Origin: Methylophilales bacterium
GTDB taxonomy: Bacteria; Pseudomonadota; Gammaproteobacteria; Burkholderiales; Methylophilaceae
Assembly (NCBI GenBank): GCA_021414145.1
Contig: JAIOOY010000017.1
Coordinates: 2,631 to 66,630, forward strand
Length of the DNA stretch: 64,000 nt
Direction of reading: 5' to 3'
The notes under the pieces are model-generated. The model saw only the letters and a program-made list of their open reading frames with translations. It was not told the origin of the DNA and did no database searches. Below are positions 54,530-63,440 of the stretch, piece by piece. The stretch's first letter is position 1, and every line of letters begins with the position of its first letter. The translations under genes were made by a program, and so were the position numbers.

Positions 54530-57427
54530 TCATGCCCCTCGCTCTAATTTAACAAATGGCGCTTTAACAACTGTGGCCACAACTATGGCACCGCTATCTG
54601 TCCTGATCTGGAACTTGGATCCAGGATCGACATCCTTTGGGTCAACATAGGCAAAGCCAATCACGCGATTCGCAGAACGGGTAAAAGAGATGCTGGTGAC
54701 TCTGCCTTTGATTTCATCCTGAATCATCACCAGATTGCATTCAAAAGGCATTTCCCCACTAAATCCTTCTTCCAGCATGAAATGCACTAGACGTTTCTTA
54801 ACTGGTCTTTTCGCAATGATCTTGAGGCTGCGCTGACCAACAAAAAATGGCTTGTCCATGCTAATGGCCCATTCAGCGCCAATTTCATAGGGATTGGTTA
54901 AGCCATCGGTATCATGTCCGACTAGGTGATTTCCCATCTCAAGTCTAAGCAGTCGCTGCGCGTCTGTTCCAAACGGGCGAATTCCGAAGTTTGCGCCTGC
55001 GTCCATCAATGCGTTCCACACATGCACCGCACTCCCCGCAGGCACATGAATTTCATAAGCCAGATTTGATACAAAGCCCACACGCACTAGGCGAACAGCA
55101 ATCCCAGCTATCTCAGTTTCGCGTATCCCACCCTTAGGCAAATCACTATCAGCCAAACTGTGTTTTGCCAGCTTGCCGACCACTGCTCGTGCATTTGGCC
55201 CAGCAACATTAATCAAGCCATACGCTCCAGTCACGTTGATAAGGCCGATCTGCAATTTCCAAATCTGCAACCAACGCTGCATTTCACGATACACTGCGGC
55301 GGCATTGGAAGTGCTCACGGTGATATAAAACACATCTTGGGCCAAGCGCGCTACCACACCGTCATCAACCACCACCCCTGACTCATCCAACATAAGCGCA
55401 TAACGGGTCTCACCTACGGCTTGACTGGCAAACTTACCTGCGTAGAACCTTTCCAGATACTCGGCCGCTTCCGCACAGTGCACCTCAAACTTTCCTAACG
55501 AGCCACCGTCAATGATGCCCACGGATTGCCTGACTGATAGGGCTTCTTCTTGAATGACTTCCTGCTTGGAGATATCTGGTTTGTGGTAATAAGCGGCACG
55601 TAACCATGCACCGACTTCAGTGAATTCAGCGCCTGCCTCTTCATGCCAGCCATGCATAGGGGTCAGGCGATGTGGGTGGAATCCGCGCCCAGCCAGATGT
55701 CCTATTGGGGTTGGATGAAAAAAGGGGCGAGCTGTGGTGGTACCGATTTTTTCTACTGGTAAACCACGTATTTTTCCCAGAATGCGTATGGCATTCATGT
55801 TGGAATGTTTCCCTTGGCTTGGCCCCATACCCACGGTAGTAAACCGCTTCATCAGTTCGATATTATCAAAGCCCTCTTTCGCTGCATTGACGAAATCCTT
55901 GACTTGGATGTCCTCATCAAAGTCGACAAAATTCTTTGCTTTGGGATGTGGGACAATAGGGTAAGGATGGCTGGGAGACGAACCTGCATGCCGCTCAACA
56001 TTAACTTCTGGTGCACTTTTTCCTAGATATCGCAGCACTTCGTTGCCAGCTCGCTCCCCATCCTGCAAGCGTTGCTCCAAGGCAAAAGCGCCATTGACCT
56101 TGCCAGCGGTAAACACACCTTGGGGAAGTTTTGCAGGTACAAATTGCTGCGTTGTGTCGTCATAACGCATCTGTGTGCCTGCCTGATAGAGCAGTGCCGC
56201 TGCTGGTGCCCAGCCAGCACTCATGGCAATCCCATCACACTCTAATGTAAACGAGTTTGAAGGGTTGGCTTGATTCGTGGCTTCATCGTAAGTACATATT
56301 ACAGCCCCAGCCACACCCATCTGACCTTTGGAGGGAAGCGCTTCATAGACACAGCAACCTTTATGAACAACTACACCTTTGCGTACTACATCCTCTTCCA
56401 AAACGCTGACCTCACCTAGTTCGCGCATATCAATCAACGCGCTGACTTTGACGCCAGCCTGTAATAAGTCCAGCGCAACGCGATAGCCGTGATGATTCGC
56501 AGTAACGACGATGCCGGTATGAAATGGTTTGACCGCATATCGATGTATGAGGCGCTGAGCGGATGAACCCAACATCACACCCGGCAAATCGTTATAACGA
56601 AATACTGGGGGTTGCTCGAAAACGCCCGTGGCAACGATTACAGCTTTGGCACGTACTTTGGTAATACCGTTTTCTCCCACGATTGGAATCAGGTGGTCAG
56701 TGTAATAACCTGCTGCGTAGCTAGCTGTGTGCAGTGAAATTCCTTGGTGGGTTTTTACGCGCCCTATCAGTTCTGACAGTTTTGATGCTGCTTCACTTGC
56801 GCCAGCGCGATCATAAGTAAGACTTCCACCCGCATATTGATTTTCATCTACCAGTGTTACTTCCAAACCGGCATCAGCGCCTACTAGTGCTGCCGTTAGT
56901 CCTGCCGGACCAGCGCCGATGACAAGCAAATCGCAATGAGTGGTAGTTTTGCGTTTTAGTACCCGAGGGAAATTAAAATTGACGATTCCTAAACCAGCTG
57001 CCTTACGGATCATTTTTTCCCAGAAAGGGAAAAAGCGACGAGGGGTGTGGAAAGCCTTGTAATAAAATCCGACTGGCAGCAAAGGTGATATCGAATCTAC
57101 AAATCGATTTCTGTCCGCCTTGACCCCACCCACGGTGTTTACCGCTTCCAGTTTCATGCCATCGCGAACAGCCACCACATCGCCGCGCATATTGGTATCG
57201 ATACCATCCGTCATCATGACGTTGACATCGTGGTTAGCGCTACTCAATACACCGCGTGGACGATGATATTTAAAACTCCGACCCAATACTCTTTCACCAG
57301 CAGCCCATAAAGCACTGGAAATGGTATCGCCTTCATATGCGGTGAAGTCCTTACCCTCATAACTGAATTTCAGCGTGGCTTCTCGATTGATCCATTCGCC
57401 TGGCTTTTTTCCGATTCTGTTACTCAT
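54530..57427 (-). CDS. mgdC: N-methylglutamate dehydrogenase subunit C (sarcosine-oxidase alpha-like, with GcvT/folate-binding domain)
   Basis: 965 aa from ATG 57427 (ATGA overlap with mgdB). N-terminal FSYEGKDFTAYEGDTISSALWAAG, dinucleotide fold LVIGAGPAGLTAA, and a C-terminal aminomethyltransferase-like domain. Confidence 0.85.
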   Translation of the reverse strand: MSNRIGKKPGEWINREATLKFSYEGKDFTAYEGDTISSALWAAGERVLGRSFKYHRPRGVLSSANHDVNVMMTDGIDTNMRGDVVAVRDGMKLEAVNTVGGVKADRNRFVDSISPLLPVGFYYKAFHTPRRFFPFWEKMIRKAAGLGIVNFNFPRVLKRKTTTHCDLLVIGAGPAGLTAALVGADAGLEVTLVDENQYAGGSLTYDRAGASEAASKLSELIGRVKTHQGISLHTASYAAGYYTDHLIPIVGENGITKVRAKAVIVATGVFEQPPVFRYNDLPGVMLGSSAQRLIHRYAVKPFHTGIVVTANHHGYRVALDLLQAGVKVSALIDMRELGEVSVLEEDVVRKGVVVHKGCCVYEALPSKGQMGVAGAVICTYDEATNQANPSNSFTLECDGIAMSAGWAPAAALLYQAGTQMRYDDTTQQFVPAKLPQGVFTAGKVNGAFALEQRLQDGERAGNEVLRYLGKSAPEVNVERHAGSSPSHPYPIVPHPKAKNFVDFDEDIQVKDFVNAAKEGFDNIELMKRFTTVGMGPSQGKHSNMNAIRILGKIRGLPVEKIGTTTARPFFHPTPIGHLAGRGFHPHRLTPMHGWHEEAGAEFTEVGAWLRAAYYHKPDISKQEVIQEEALSVRQSVGIIDGGSLGKFEVHCAEAAEYLERFYAGKFASQAVGETRYALMLDESGVVVDDGVVARLAQDVFYITVSTSNAAAVYREMQRWLQIWKLQIGLINVTGAYGLINVAGPNARAVVGKLAKHSLADSDLPKGGIRETEIAGIAVRLVRVGFVSNLAYEIHVPAGSAVHVWNALMDAGANFGIRPFGTDAQRLLRLEMGNHLVGHDTDGLTNPYEIGAEWAISMDKPFFVGQRSLKIIAKRPVKKRLVHFMLEEGFSGEMPFECNLVMIQDEIKGRVTSISFTRSANRVIGFAYVDPKDVDPGSKFQIRTDSGAIVVATVVKAPFVKLERGA

Positions 57428-57687
57428 GCGGCAGTCTCCTGTCCAAACAGGTAGGTGCGCAAAACCTCTTCGGTTAAGGTGTTGCGCTCTGCTATGAACC
57501 AAGTGCCACTTGGACCGTGATACCACCATTCTTTTTTCAATCCAGGGGCACCGTTTCTGTTATGAACATAAGCCGCCCACTCCTTGTCAGTAGAGGCTTC
57601 AGGGTCAGGCATATCTCTGAACTCGCCACCAAACACAAACTCACTGATGGGTCTGGTTCCGTTCATGGGGCAATGGAGTAATTTCAT
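57424..57687 (-). CDS. mgdB: N-methylglutamate dehydrogenase subunit B (sarcosine-oxidase delta-like)
   Basis: 87 aa. MKLLHCPMNGTRPISEFVFGGE is the typical SoxD N-terminus. Confidence 0.85.
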   Translation of the reverse strand: MKLLHCPMNGTRPISEFVFGGEFRDMPDPEASTDKEWAAYVHNRNGAPGLKKEWWYHGPSGTWFIAERNTLTEEVLRTYLFGQETAA

Positions 57688-57719
57688 TAATTTATTTCCG
57701 CTTCACTTTTTTCGGTAGA

Positions 57720-58961
57720 TCAGTGGCCGACAGAGGCCGCACCCTTTTCACCCGTCAATTCGTAATCCTCAAAACGTGAGAGACGGAAAGAATGGATCAT
57801 TTCCGGCGCTCTGTCGTTAGCGATGGTCTCTGCCATAGTTTTGCCGCTGATAGGCGTGGCCTTGAATCCCCAAGTCCCCCACCCCGCGTCAAGATAGAAG
57901 CCTTCCACCGGCGTTTTACCCATGATGGGAGCAAAGTCGGGCGTCATGTCCGCCATACCCGCCCACTGACGCACAATTTTGACGTTTGATAGAAAGGGAA
58001 ACATATCCAGCATGTGCGAGGTCAAACCCTCGACAAAATCAAGAGAAGATCTTGTTGAATGCACCTCATACGGGTCAAGCGAGGAACCCATGACCAGCTC
58101 ACCACGAGAGGACTGGCTGACATATACGTGCAGACTGCCTGACACCAGAATGCTGTTCAGCCAAGGCTTCATGGGTTCAGTGACGCATGCCTGAAGGGGA
58201 TGGATGACGATTGGGGTATCCAGATCAACCATTTTGGTTACGCGCGGCGTAAATCCTGCTACGGCTGAGAGTACTTTTTTAGTGGCAATGTAGCCACGGC
58301 TGGTATGGACGCCTGCCACTTTCCCGCTTTGCACATCAATGCCGGTAACCTCGGTATTCTGAAATATCTCAGCGCCTTGCCTATCCGCTCCTCGGGCATA
58401 CCCCCAAGCCACACCATCATGGCGCGCAATGGAGCCAGGGGCATGATAGAGCGCGCCAAGTATGGGCGCATGACCGCTACAACTGAGATCGAGTTGCGGG
58501 CAAGCTTTGGCTATTTCATCAGGCCCTACCACCCTGCTCTCAACTCCTACATGCTTATTGACTTCAGCGCGCCAGCGCATGGTACGCATGGCGGATTCAG
58601 TGTGTGCCAGTGTGAAATGGCCACGATTCGAGTAGAACAGATTCAAATCCAGTTCTTCAGAGAGTCCTTCGTAAATCTTGACGCTGGCATCGTAAAAATT
58701 GACACCTTCTGGCGTCAGATAATTCGAGCGCACGATAGTAGTGTTACGTCCGGTATTTCCACCGCCGATATAGCCACGTTCCAACACCGCAACATTGGTA
58801 ATGCCATGATCTTTGGCAAGATAGTAAGCCGCCGCCAAACCATGCCCACCCCCGCCTATGATGACTACATCATAGGATTTTTTCGGTTGCTCCAACGCCC
58901 GAAAAAATCGCGGTGCCGGATGGTTTTTACTGAAAGCAAATTTAAGCAGTCTTAGCGGCAT
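57720..58961 (-). CDS. mgdA: N-methylglutamate dehydrogenase subunit A (sarcosine-oxidase beta-like FAD flavoprotein)
   Basis: 413 aa. YDVVIIGGGGHGLAAAYYLA. SoxB-like throughout. Confidence 0.85.
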   Translation of the reverse strand: MPLRLLKFAFSKNHPAPRFFRALEQPKKSYDVVIIGGGGHGLAAAYYLAKDHGITNVAVLERGYIGGGNTGRNTTIVRSNYLTPEGVNFYDASVKIYEGLSEELDLNLFYSNRGHFTLAHTESAMRTMRWRAEVNKHVGVESRVVGPDEIAKACPQLDLSCSGHAPILGALYHAPGSIARHDGVAWGYARGADRQGAEIFQNTEVTGIDVQSGKVAGVHTSRGYIATKKVLSAVAGFTPRVTKMVDLDTPIVIHPLQACVTEPMKPWLNSILVSGSLHVYVSQSSRGELVMGSSLDPYEVHSTRSSLDFVEGLTSHMLDMFPFLSNVKIVRQWAGMADMTPDFAPIMGKTPVEGFYLDAGWGTWGFKATPISGKTMAETIANDRAPEMIHSFRLSRFEDYELTGEKGAASVGH

Positions 58962-59012
58962 TGAATTTCCCTAAACAGCACAGCTTCTATTCGGCACGGA
59001 CTTTAATAAAAA

Positions 59013-59063
59013 ATATAGGTAAACTTTTTTAATTATTATGAAACATAATTAAAGATTATTCAA
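59013..59063 (-). promoter_or_regulatory. Putative sigma-70 promoter of mgdA (TTGAAT N17 CATAAT) plus a ~30-nt block repeated upstream of fae2
   Basis: Minus strand: -35 TTGAAT is plus 59058-59063 and -10 CATAAT is plus 59035-59040, with a 17-nt spacer. The downstream block gtttcataataattaaaaaagtttacctatat resembles 59665..59697. Confidence 0.35.
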
Positions 59064-59064
59064 C

Positions 59065-59628
59065 CTAAGTTTTAGGCGGTTTCAGTTTGCCATCCAGCCC
59101 CATTTGGAAATACTTGTGGATGATTTTTTCCTGATTCTCCAATAACCAATCGATGTCCGGCTTGTTGTTCATCGCCTTGTGTATCGCCATGGCGGTCGCC
59201 TTGCGATGGATATCAAACAAAATCTGATGATCGAGATTTTCATCCTTGGCCACACTAGGATTCAGCCACACAGAAACAATGATTCCCAAATCATTTGCTT
59301 TTTCCTTGGGAATATCACCTGCACGAACCGCGTCAAGAACCCCATTGGCAATCGCCGCTTGTACTGTACCCATCAGGATATTGGTGTAGTGACTATTAGT
59401 GACCGTGACCTTACTTACCATCAAGGTCACGGGGCGTACTTGAATGTCAGTATTCAAAATTGCAAACACTCGGGTATGACCTTTTACCTGGTCGCCAGTA
59501 AGCGTGGCGATAGCTGTACCTACGGGACCATCCAGTTCTCCTATAATGATTTCCGGTTCAGCTGCTGTGCCCGGAGGGCCACCTGCGACTAAAGCCTCGC
59601 CAGTACGCATCAAAATTCTTTCACTCAT
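59065..59628 (-). CDS. Formaldehyde-activating-enzyme paralogue (Fae2/Fae3-like)
   Basis: 187 aa. By eye it aligns along its length with the Fae at 36415..36960 (GEALV...PEIIIGELDGPVGTAIATL...KGHTRVFAIL...VRPVTLMVSKVTV...GTVQAAIANGVLDAV...ANDLGIIVSVW) but is clearly divergent and has a different C-terminal tail. Confidence 0.8.
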   Translation of the reverse strand: MSERILMRTGEALVAGGPPGTAAEPEIIIGELDGPVGTAIATLTGDQVKGHTRVFAILNTDIQVRPVTLMVSKVTVTNSHYTNILMGTVQAAIANGVLDAVRAGDIPKEKANDLGIIVSVWLNPSVAKDENLDHQILFDIHRKATAMAIHKAMNNKPDIDWLLENQEKIIHKYFQMGLDGKLKPPKT

Positions 59629-59664
59629 TTGTTATCCCTCGGTTATATGCAACACAAAAATGGT

Positions 59665-59697
59665 AATAATATGTAACTTTTATTATTATAATGAAAC
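59665..59697 (-). promoter_or_regulatory. Second copy of the promoter/operator-like block, containing a perfect TATAAT, upstream of fae2
   Basis: The minus strand reads gtttcattataataataaaagttacatattatt. TATAAT is plus 59685-59690, about 57 nt upstream of the fae2 ATG. It lies in the 165-bp divergent region shared with the XRE/cupin regulator gene. Confidence 0.35.
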
Positions 59698-59793
59698 CTG
59701 AAAGAATTCACACTTAATGATGTAGGCCTTGGTCTAGTTAGTTGTAAAGTTATTCTATAGACTTTACGCTACTCACAATTAGGATGGCTGAAA

Positions 59794-60447
59794 ATGAACT
59801 CGCATAGCAATGCACCTGCTTCAATTGCGACTCCGCAAGAACCAGCAAGCAATAAGCTGGATCGCTATCTTGGGAACACTATCAGACAACTGCGCCTTCA
59901 ACATAGCCTGACCATCGCCGATGTGGCCTCGCGAGCTGGGATCAGTAAAGGCATGCTGAGCAAGATTGAAAACGGACTTGCGTCGACCAGCCTAGATACC
60001 CTTGAACAACTGGCCAATGCCTTGGGAGTGACGCTTTCAAAGCTATTCAATACCTACAATCTCCCCACTGGCAACACCCAGCACATCAAGAACGGGCATG
60101 GCATGGAAGTAGTGCGGCGTGGCACCAGAGTGGGTCACACCTACCAACTACTAGCCTATGACCAAGGTCCGCAAAAAACCTTTGAACCGTTTCTCATCAG
60201 CCTAGAAGATTCTGGAGAGGAGTTTCCAGCCTTTGAGCACCCCGGAACAGAATTTCTTTATATGCTGGAAGGCAAGCTGGAATACCGAGTTGGTAATGAA
60301 ACTTTTGTGCTGGAACCTGGCGACGCATTGACCTTTCAAGGCGAAATTCCGCATCGACCTGAAAACCTGCTAACCATGCCTATCCGTTTCTTAGCCATCA
60401 TCCACTACAACACACCAACAACTGCCGCCGAGGATAATGCAGCTTGA
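59794..60447 (+). CDS. XRE-family HTH transcriptional regulator with C-terminal cupin domain
   Basis: 217 aa. HTH_3 region (LGNTIRQLRLQHSLTIADVASRAGISKGMLSKIENG) and a cupin region (G.E.LYMLEGKLEY..G...F.L.PGDALTF.G..PH). Confidence 0.8.
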   Translation: MNSHSNAPASIATPQEPASNKLDRYLGNTIRQLRLQHSLTIADVASRAGISKGMLSKIENGLASTSLDTLEQLANALGVTLSKLFNTYNLPTGNTQHIKNGHGMEVVRRGTRVGHTYQLLAYDQGPQKTFEPFLISLEDSGEEFPAFEHPGTEFLYMLEGKLEYRVGNETFVLEPGDALTFQGEIPHRPENLLTMPIRFLAIIHYNTPTTAAEDNAA

Positions 60448-60893
60448 ACATTGAAAATGCAGTGCTCGACGACGTGCCTGCATTAAGCGAAATGCTGGAT
60501 ACTCTATTCAGTATAGAGCAGGACTTTCAGCCGAATACTCAGCAACAAACACAAGGGTTGATTTTATTGTTACAACACCCTGACCGAGCCGTGATTAAAG
60601 TCGCGCGTGACAAGGGCAAAATCATCGGCATGGTCAGCGCTCAGCTGGTGATTTCAACCGCGGAAGGCGCGCCATCGGCATGGGTAGAAGATATGGTGGT
60701 GCTAGAAAAGTATCGTGGTACAGGTGTGGGGCGCGGGCTTTTGGAAAGTGTACTCGCATGGGCAAAAGAAAAGGGAGCCACTCGCGCGCAATTGTTGGTA
60801 GATTTGGATAATGAGTCAGCACTGGGTTATTACCAGCATTTGGGTTGGTCAACGACACGTCTAGCTGCGCGTAGAATAATGTTGAGCCTCTAA
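60444..60893 (+). CDS. GNAT family N-acetyltransferase
   Basis: 149 aa, TTG start overlapping the regulator stop. Acetyl-CoA motif VLEKYRGTGVGRGLLE. Confidence 0.75.
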   Translation: MNIENAVLDDVPALSEMLDTLFSIEQDFQPNTQQQTQGLILLLQHPDRAVIKVARDKGKIIGMVSAQLVISTAEGAPSAWVEDMVVLEKYRGTGVGRGLLESVLAWAKEKGATRAQLLVDLDNESALGYYQHLGWSTTRLAARRIMLSL

Positions 60894-60916
60894 CAAGCTA
60901 CTTTCAATATAGATAT

Positions 60917-60951
60917 AAAAAAGGCGGACACCGAAGTGTCCGCCTTTTTTT
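60917..60951. terminator. Bidirectional rho-independent terminator between the GNAT gene and amtB
   Basis: AAAAAA-GGCGGACAC-cgaa-GTGTCCGCC-TTTTTTT, read directly. Confidence 0.8.
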
Positions 60952-60981
60952 ACATCTGAACTAGACTACTTTGCTTAAGAC

Positions 60982-62502
60982 TTAGTAGTGATAAGCACGC
61001 TCGCCATGTTCGGTGGTATCGAGACCTTCGCGCTCGACATCTTCGGACACGCGCAGACCGATTAACACATCAACAATCTTGTATGCGACGAATGCAACCA
61101 CACCAGACCATACTAAGGTAGTACCAACACCCCAAGCCTGAGCGGTCATTTGGGCAGTCATGTCGTAAGGCGCGACTGCGTTGGTGACATAATCCCAGAC
61201 ACCAGTACCTCCCAGAGCAGGGTTGACCAGAATGCCTGTGCTTAGAGCACCGAAGATACCGCCGATGCAGTGCACACCAAAAACGTCCAGCGAATCGTCG
61301 TATCCCATCATGGACTTAACCTTGGTGACGAACATGAAGCACAATGGAGACACCAATAAGCCTTGTACGATAGCACCCATAGGGCCAACGAAACCACAGG
61401 CTGGAGTAATTGCCACTAGACCAGCAATGGCACCAGAAGCGGCACCCAGCATGGAAGGTTTGCCTTTGGTAAACCACTCAACGAACATCCATGAGGTTGC
61501 GGCCGCACAGGTAGCCAACAGGGTGTTAGCGAACACCAGAGTAGCAAGTCCGTTAGCTTCAAGGTTGGAACCCACATTGAAGCCGAACCAGCCCACCCAC
61601 AGCATGGATGCGCCTATCATGGTCATGGTGACACTGTGAGGCGCCATGGCTTCCTTGCCGTAACCGATACGTTTACCCAGTACTAATGCGCCAACTAAAC
61701 CAGCGATACCGGCATTGATGTGCACAACGGTTCCACCAGCAAAGTCTAGTGCACCTTTTGCCCATACAAAACCAGCGGTATCGACGACAGTTTGGAGCGA
61801 TTCTGGGCTGGTAATGGCATCAGGACCTGCCCAGAACCATACCATGTGAGCTACTGGCAGATAGGAGAAGGTGAACCAAAGAATCATGAACAGCAAGATT
61901 GCAGAGAATTTCATGCGTTCAGCGAAGGCTCCCACGATCAAGGCTGGAGTAATCACCGCGAAAGTCAATTGAAACACCATGAAAATGTATTCTGGGATCA
62001 CAACGCCTTTACTGAAGGTAACAGCCATGGAGTCAGGTGTCATTCCTTGTAAGAACAAACGGTCAAAACCCCCAAAGAAAGGTGTAGTACCCTGAGTGAA
62101 GGCAATACTATAGCCATACAAAGCCCATAGAACACCTAAAACACAAGTAATCATGAAGGTTTGCATCAATACGGAGAGCATGTTCTTGCTGCGCACCATA
62201 CCACCGTAGAACAAACCTAATCCCGGCACACACATAAACAGTACCAGTACAGTGGCCACGATCATCCAAGCAGTATCACCCTTGTTCGGGACTGGAGCAG
62301 GTGGCGCCGCAGCCTCGGCAGGAGCCGCAGCTTCAGCGGGTGCAGCAGCAGGTGCTGCAGCTTCAACGGGTGCAGCAGCAGGTGCCGCAGCTTCAGTAGC
62401 AGCCGGTGCGGCTGCAGCAGGAGCAGCAGCGTCTTCAGCAAAGGTCACGCCAGTGAAGCCGAGCGCACCCAGCAACATCAGAGTGGAGAAAAAGCGTTTC
62501 AT
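60982..62502 (-). CDS. amtB: Ammonium transporter AmtB with an Ala/Pro-rich repeat linker after the signal peptide
   Basis: 506 aa from ATG 62502, behind AAGGAGAA (the track adds 29 codons). Signal peptide MKRFFSTLMLLGALGFTGVTFA, then ~50 aa of (A/P/E/V) repeats, then the canonical Amt core (FYGGMVRSKN, DFAGGTVVHI, VHCIGGIFG). Confidence 0.95.
   Translation of the reverse strand: MKRFFSTLMLLGALGFTGVTFAEDAAAPAAAAPAATEAAAPAAAPVEAAAPAAAPAEAAAPAEAAAPPAPVPNKGDTAWMIVATVLVLFMCVPGLGLFYGGMVRSKNMLSVLMQTFMITCVLGVLWALYGYSIAFTQGTTPFFGGFDRLFLQGMTPDSMAVTFSKGVVIPEYIFMVFQLTFAVITPALIVGAFAERMKFSAILLFMILWFTFSYLPVAHMVWFWAGPDAITSPESLQTVVDTAGFVWAKGALDFAGGTVVHINAGIAGLVGALVLGKRIGYGKEAMAPHSVTMTMIGASMLWVGWFGFNVGSNLEANGLATLVFANTLLATCAAATSWMFVEWFTKGKPSMLGAASGAIAGLVAITPACGFVGPMGAIVQGLLVSPLCFMFVTKVKSMMGYDDSLDVFGVHCIGGIFGALSTGILVNPALGGTGVWDYVTNAVAPYDMTAQMTAQAWGVGTTLVWSGVVAFVAYKIVDVLIGLRVSEDVEREGLDTTEHGERAYHY
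62290..62435 (-). repeat. Imperfect ~30-bp tandem repeats encoding the AmtB Ala/Pro linker
   Basis: The plus strand shows agcttcagcgggtgcagcagcaggtgctgc / agcttcaacgggtgcagcagcaggtgccgc / agcttcagtagcagccggtgcggctgcagc. The protein reads AAAPAAAPVE AAAPAAAPAE AAAPAE AAAPPAPVP. Confidence 0.8.
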
Positions 62503-62512
62503 AGTGTTCTCC

Positions 62513-62878
<366 letters not shown>

Positions 62879-62915
62879 CTAAGGGAAAACTCTTAAACAA
62901 TAGCTATAACGCATG

Positions 62916-62931
62916 AGCAATAGCCGTGCCA
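62916..62931 (-). promoter_or_regulatory. Sigma-54 (-24/-12) promoter of glnK-amtB
   Basis: The minus strand reads TGGCAC-GGCTA-TTGCT, matching the TGGCAC-N5-TTGCW consensus, about 65 nt upstream of the glnK ATG. Confidence 0.75.
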
Positions 62932-62992
62932 ACAAGATTTATTTGTTTAATATCAATATGTTGTAAATATTCTATCTGATTACATTATGGTG

Positions 62993-63043
62993 TACGCCAG
63001 ATTTGGTGCATGATGTCAGTGCGTGATGCACCGAGCTGGTGCC
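62993..63043. promoter_or_regulatory. NtrC-like upstream activator sites
   Basis: 63027-63043 reads TGCACC-GAGCT-GGTGCC, one mismatch to TGCACC-N5-GGTGCA. A weaker site at 62993-63010 is the reverse complement TGCACCAAATCTGGCGTA. The sites lie roughly 60-130 nt upstream of the sigma-54 element. Confidence 0.45.
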
Positions 63044-63049
63044 AAACAT

Positions 63050-63439
63050 CTAACCCTGCTCTAGATAAGCGCGCCAGCCACCGAAGTGAGAGATATCTTC
63101 AGCATCAATAGTGGCATAGGCCTCACACACAAAGCCTTGCACTGGACTGCTGTCCGCCAGCATTATCGTTCCAATTCCCAACGGGGCTGGAATGTTGGCA
63201 ACGAAAGCGCCAAAATCACCCATGGGAATTTCCCATACCTCAAGAGAGATGGCGACACCATTGGCCACTCTAAGCAAGCCTGGACGTGCTGGAGTAAAAC
63301 CGGCGAGTTTGTAGAGACGGTACTGCGGCGCAGTAGTGGTCTGTGCGATAAGCTTGCCGCCTACGCCAGTGAGTTGGTTGTTGAGCGGCAAACCGCTCAT
63401 ATGTGCGCCACAAACGGCGACACGAACATTGCTTGTCAT
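63050..63439 (-). CDS. Allophanate hydrolase C-terminal domain encoded as a separate ORF
   Basis: 129 aa from ATG 63439, behind [26 protein letters not shown]...YRLYKL...PGLLRV...G..I.LEVWE.P...FG.F...IP.PL.IG resembles the C-terminal domain of AtzF-type allophanate hydrolases. Confidence 0.7.
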   Translation of the reverse strand: MTSNVRVAVCGAHMSGLPLNNQLTGVGGKLIAQTTTAPQYRLYKLAGFTPARPGLLRVANGVAISLEVWEIPMGDFGAFVANIPAPLGIGTIMLADSSPVQGFVCEAYATIDAEDISHFGGWRAYLEQG

Positions 63440-63440
63440 T

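Noticed and set aside
58305-58955. A 216-aa ORF antisense to mgdA. Similar long antisense or alternative-frame ORFs occur at 44800..45390, 16959..17468, 8191..8673, 20047..20517, 21376..21858, 47817..48287 and 63086..63610.
   Set aside because: Each lies entirely inside a gene whose sense-strand product has clear family motifs. Their translations are low-complexity or Arg/Ser/Cys-rich with no recognisable domains. They have no convincing SD. Long shadow ORFs of this kind commonly occur opposite real genes by chance.
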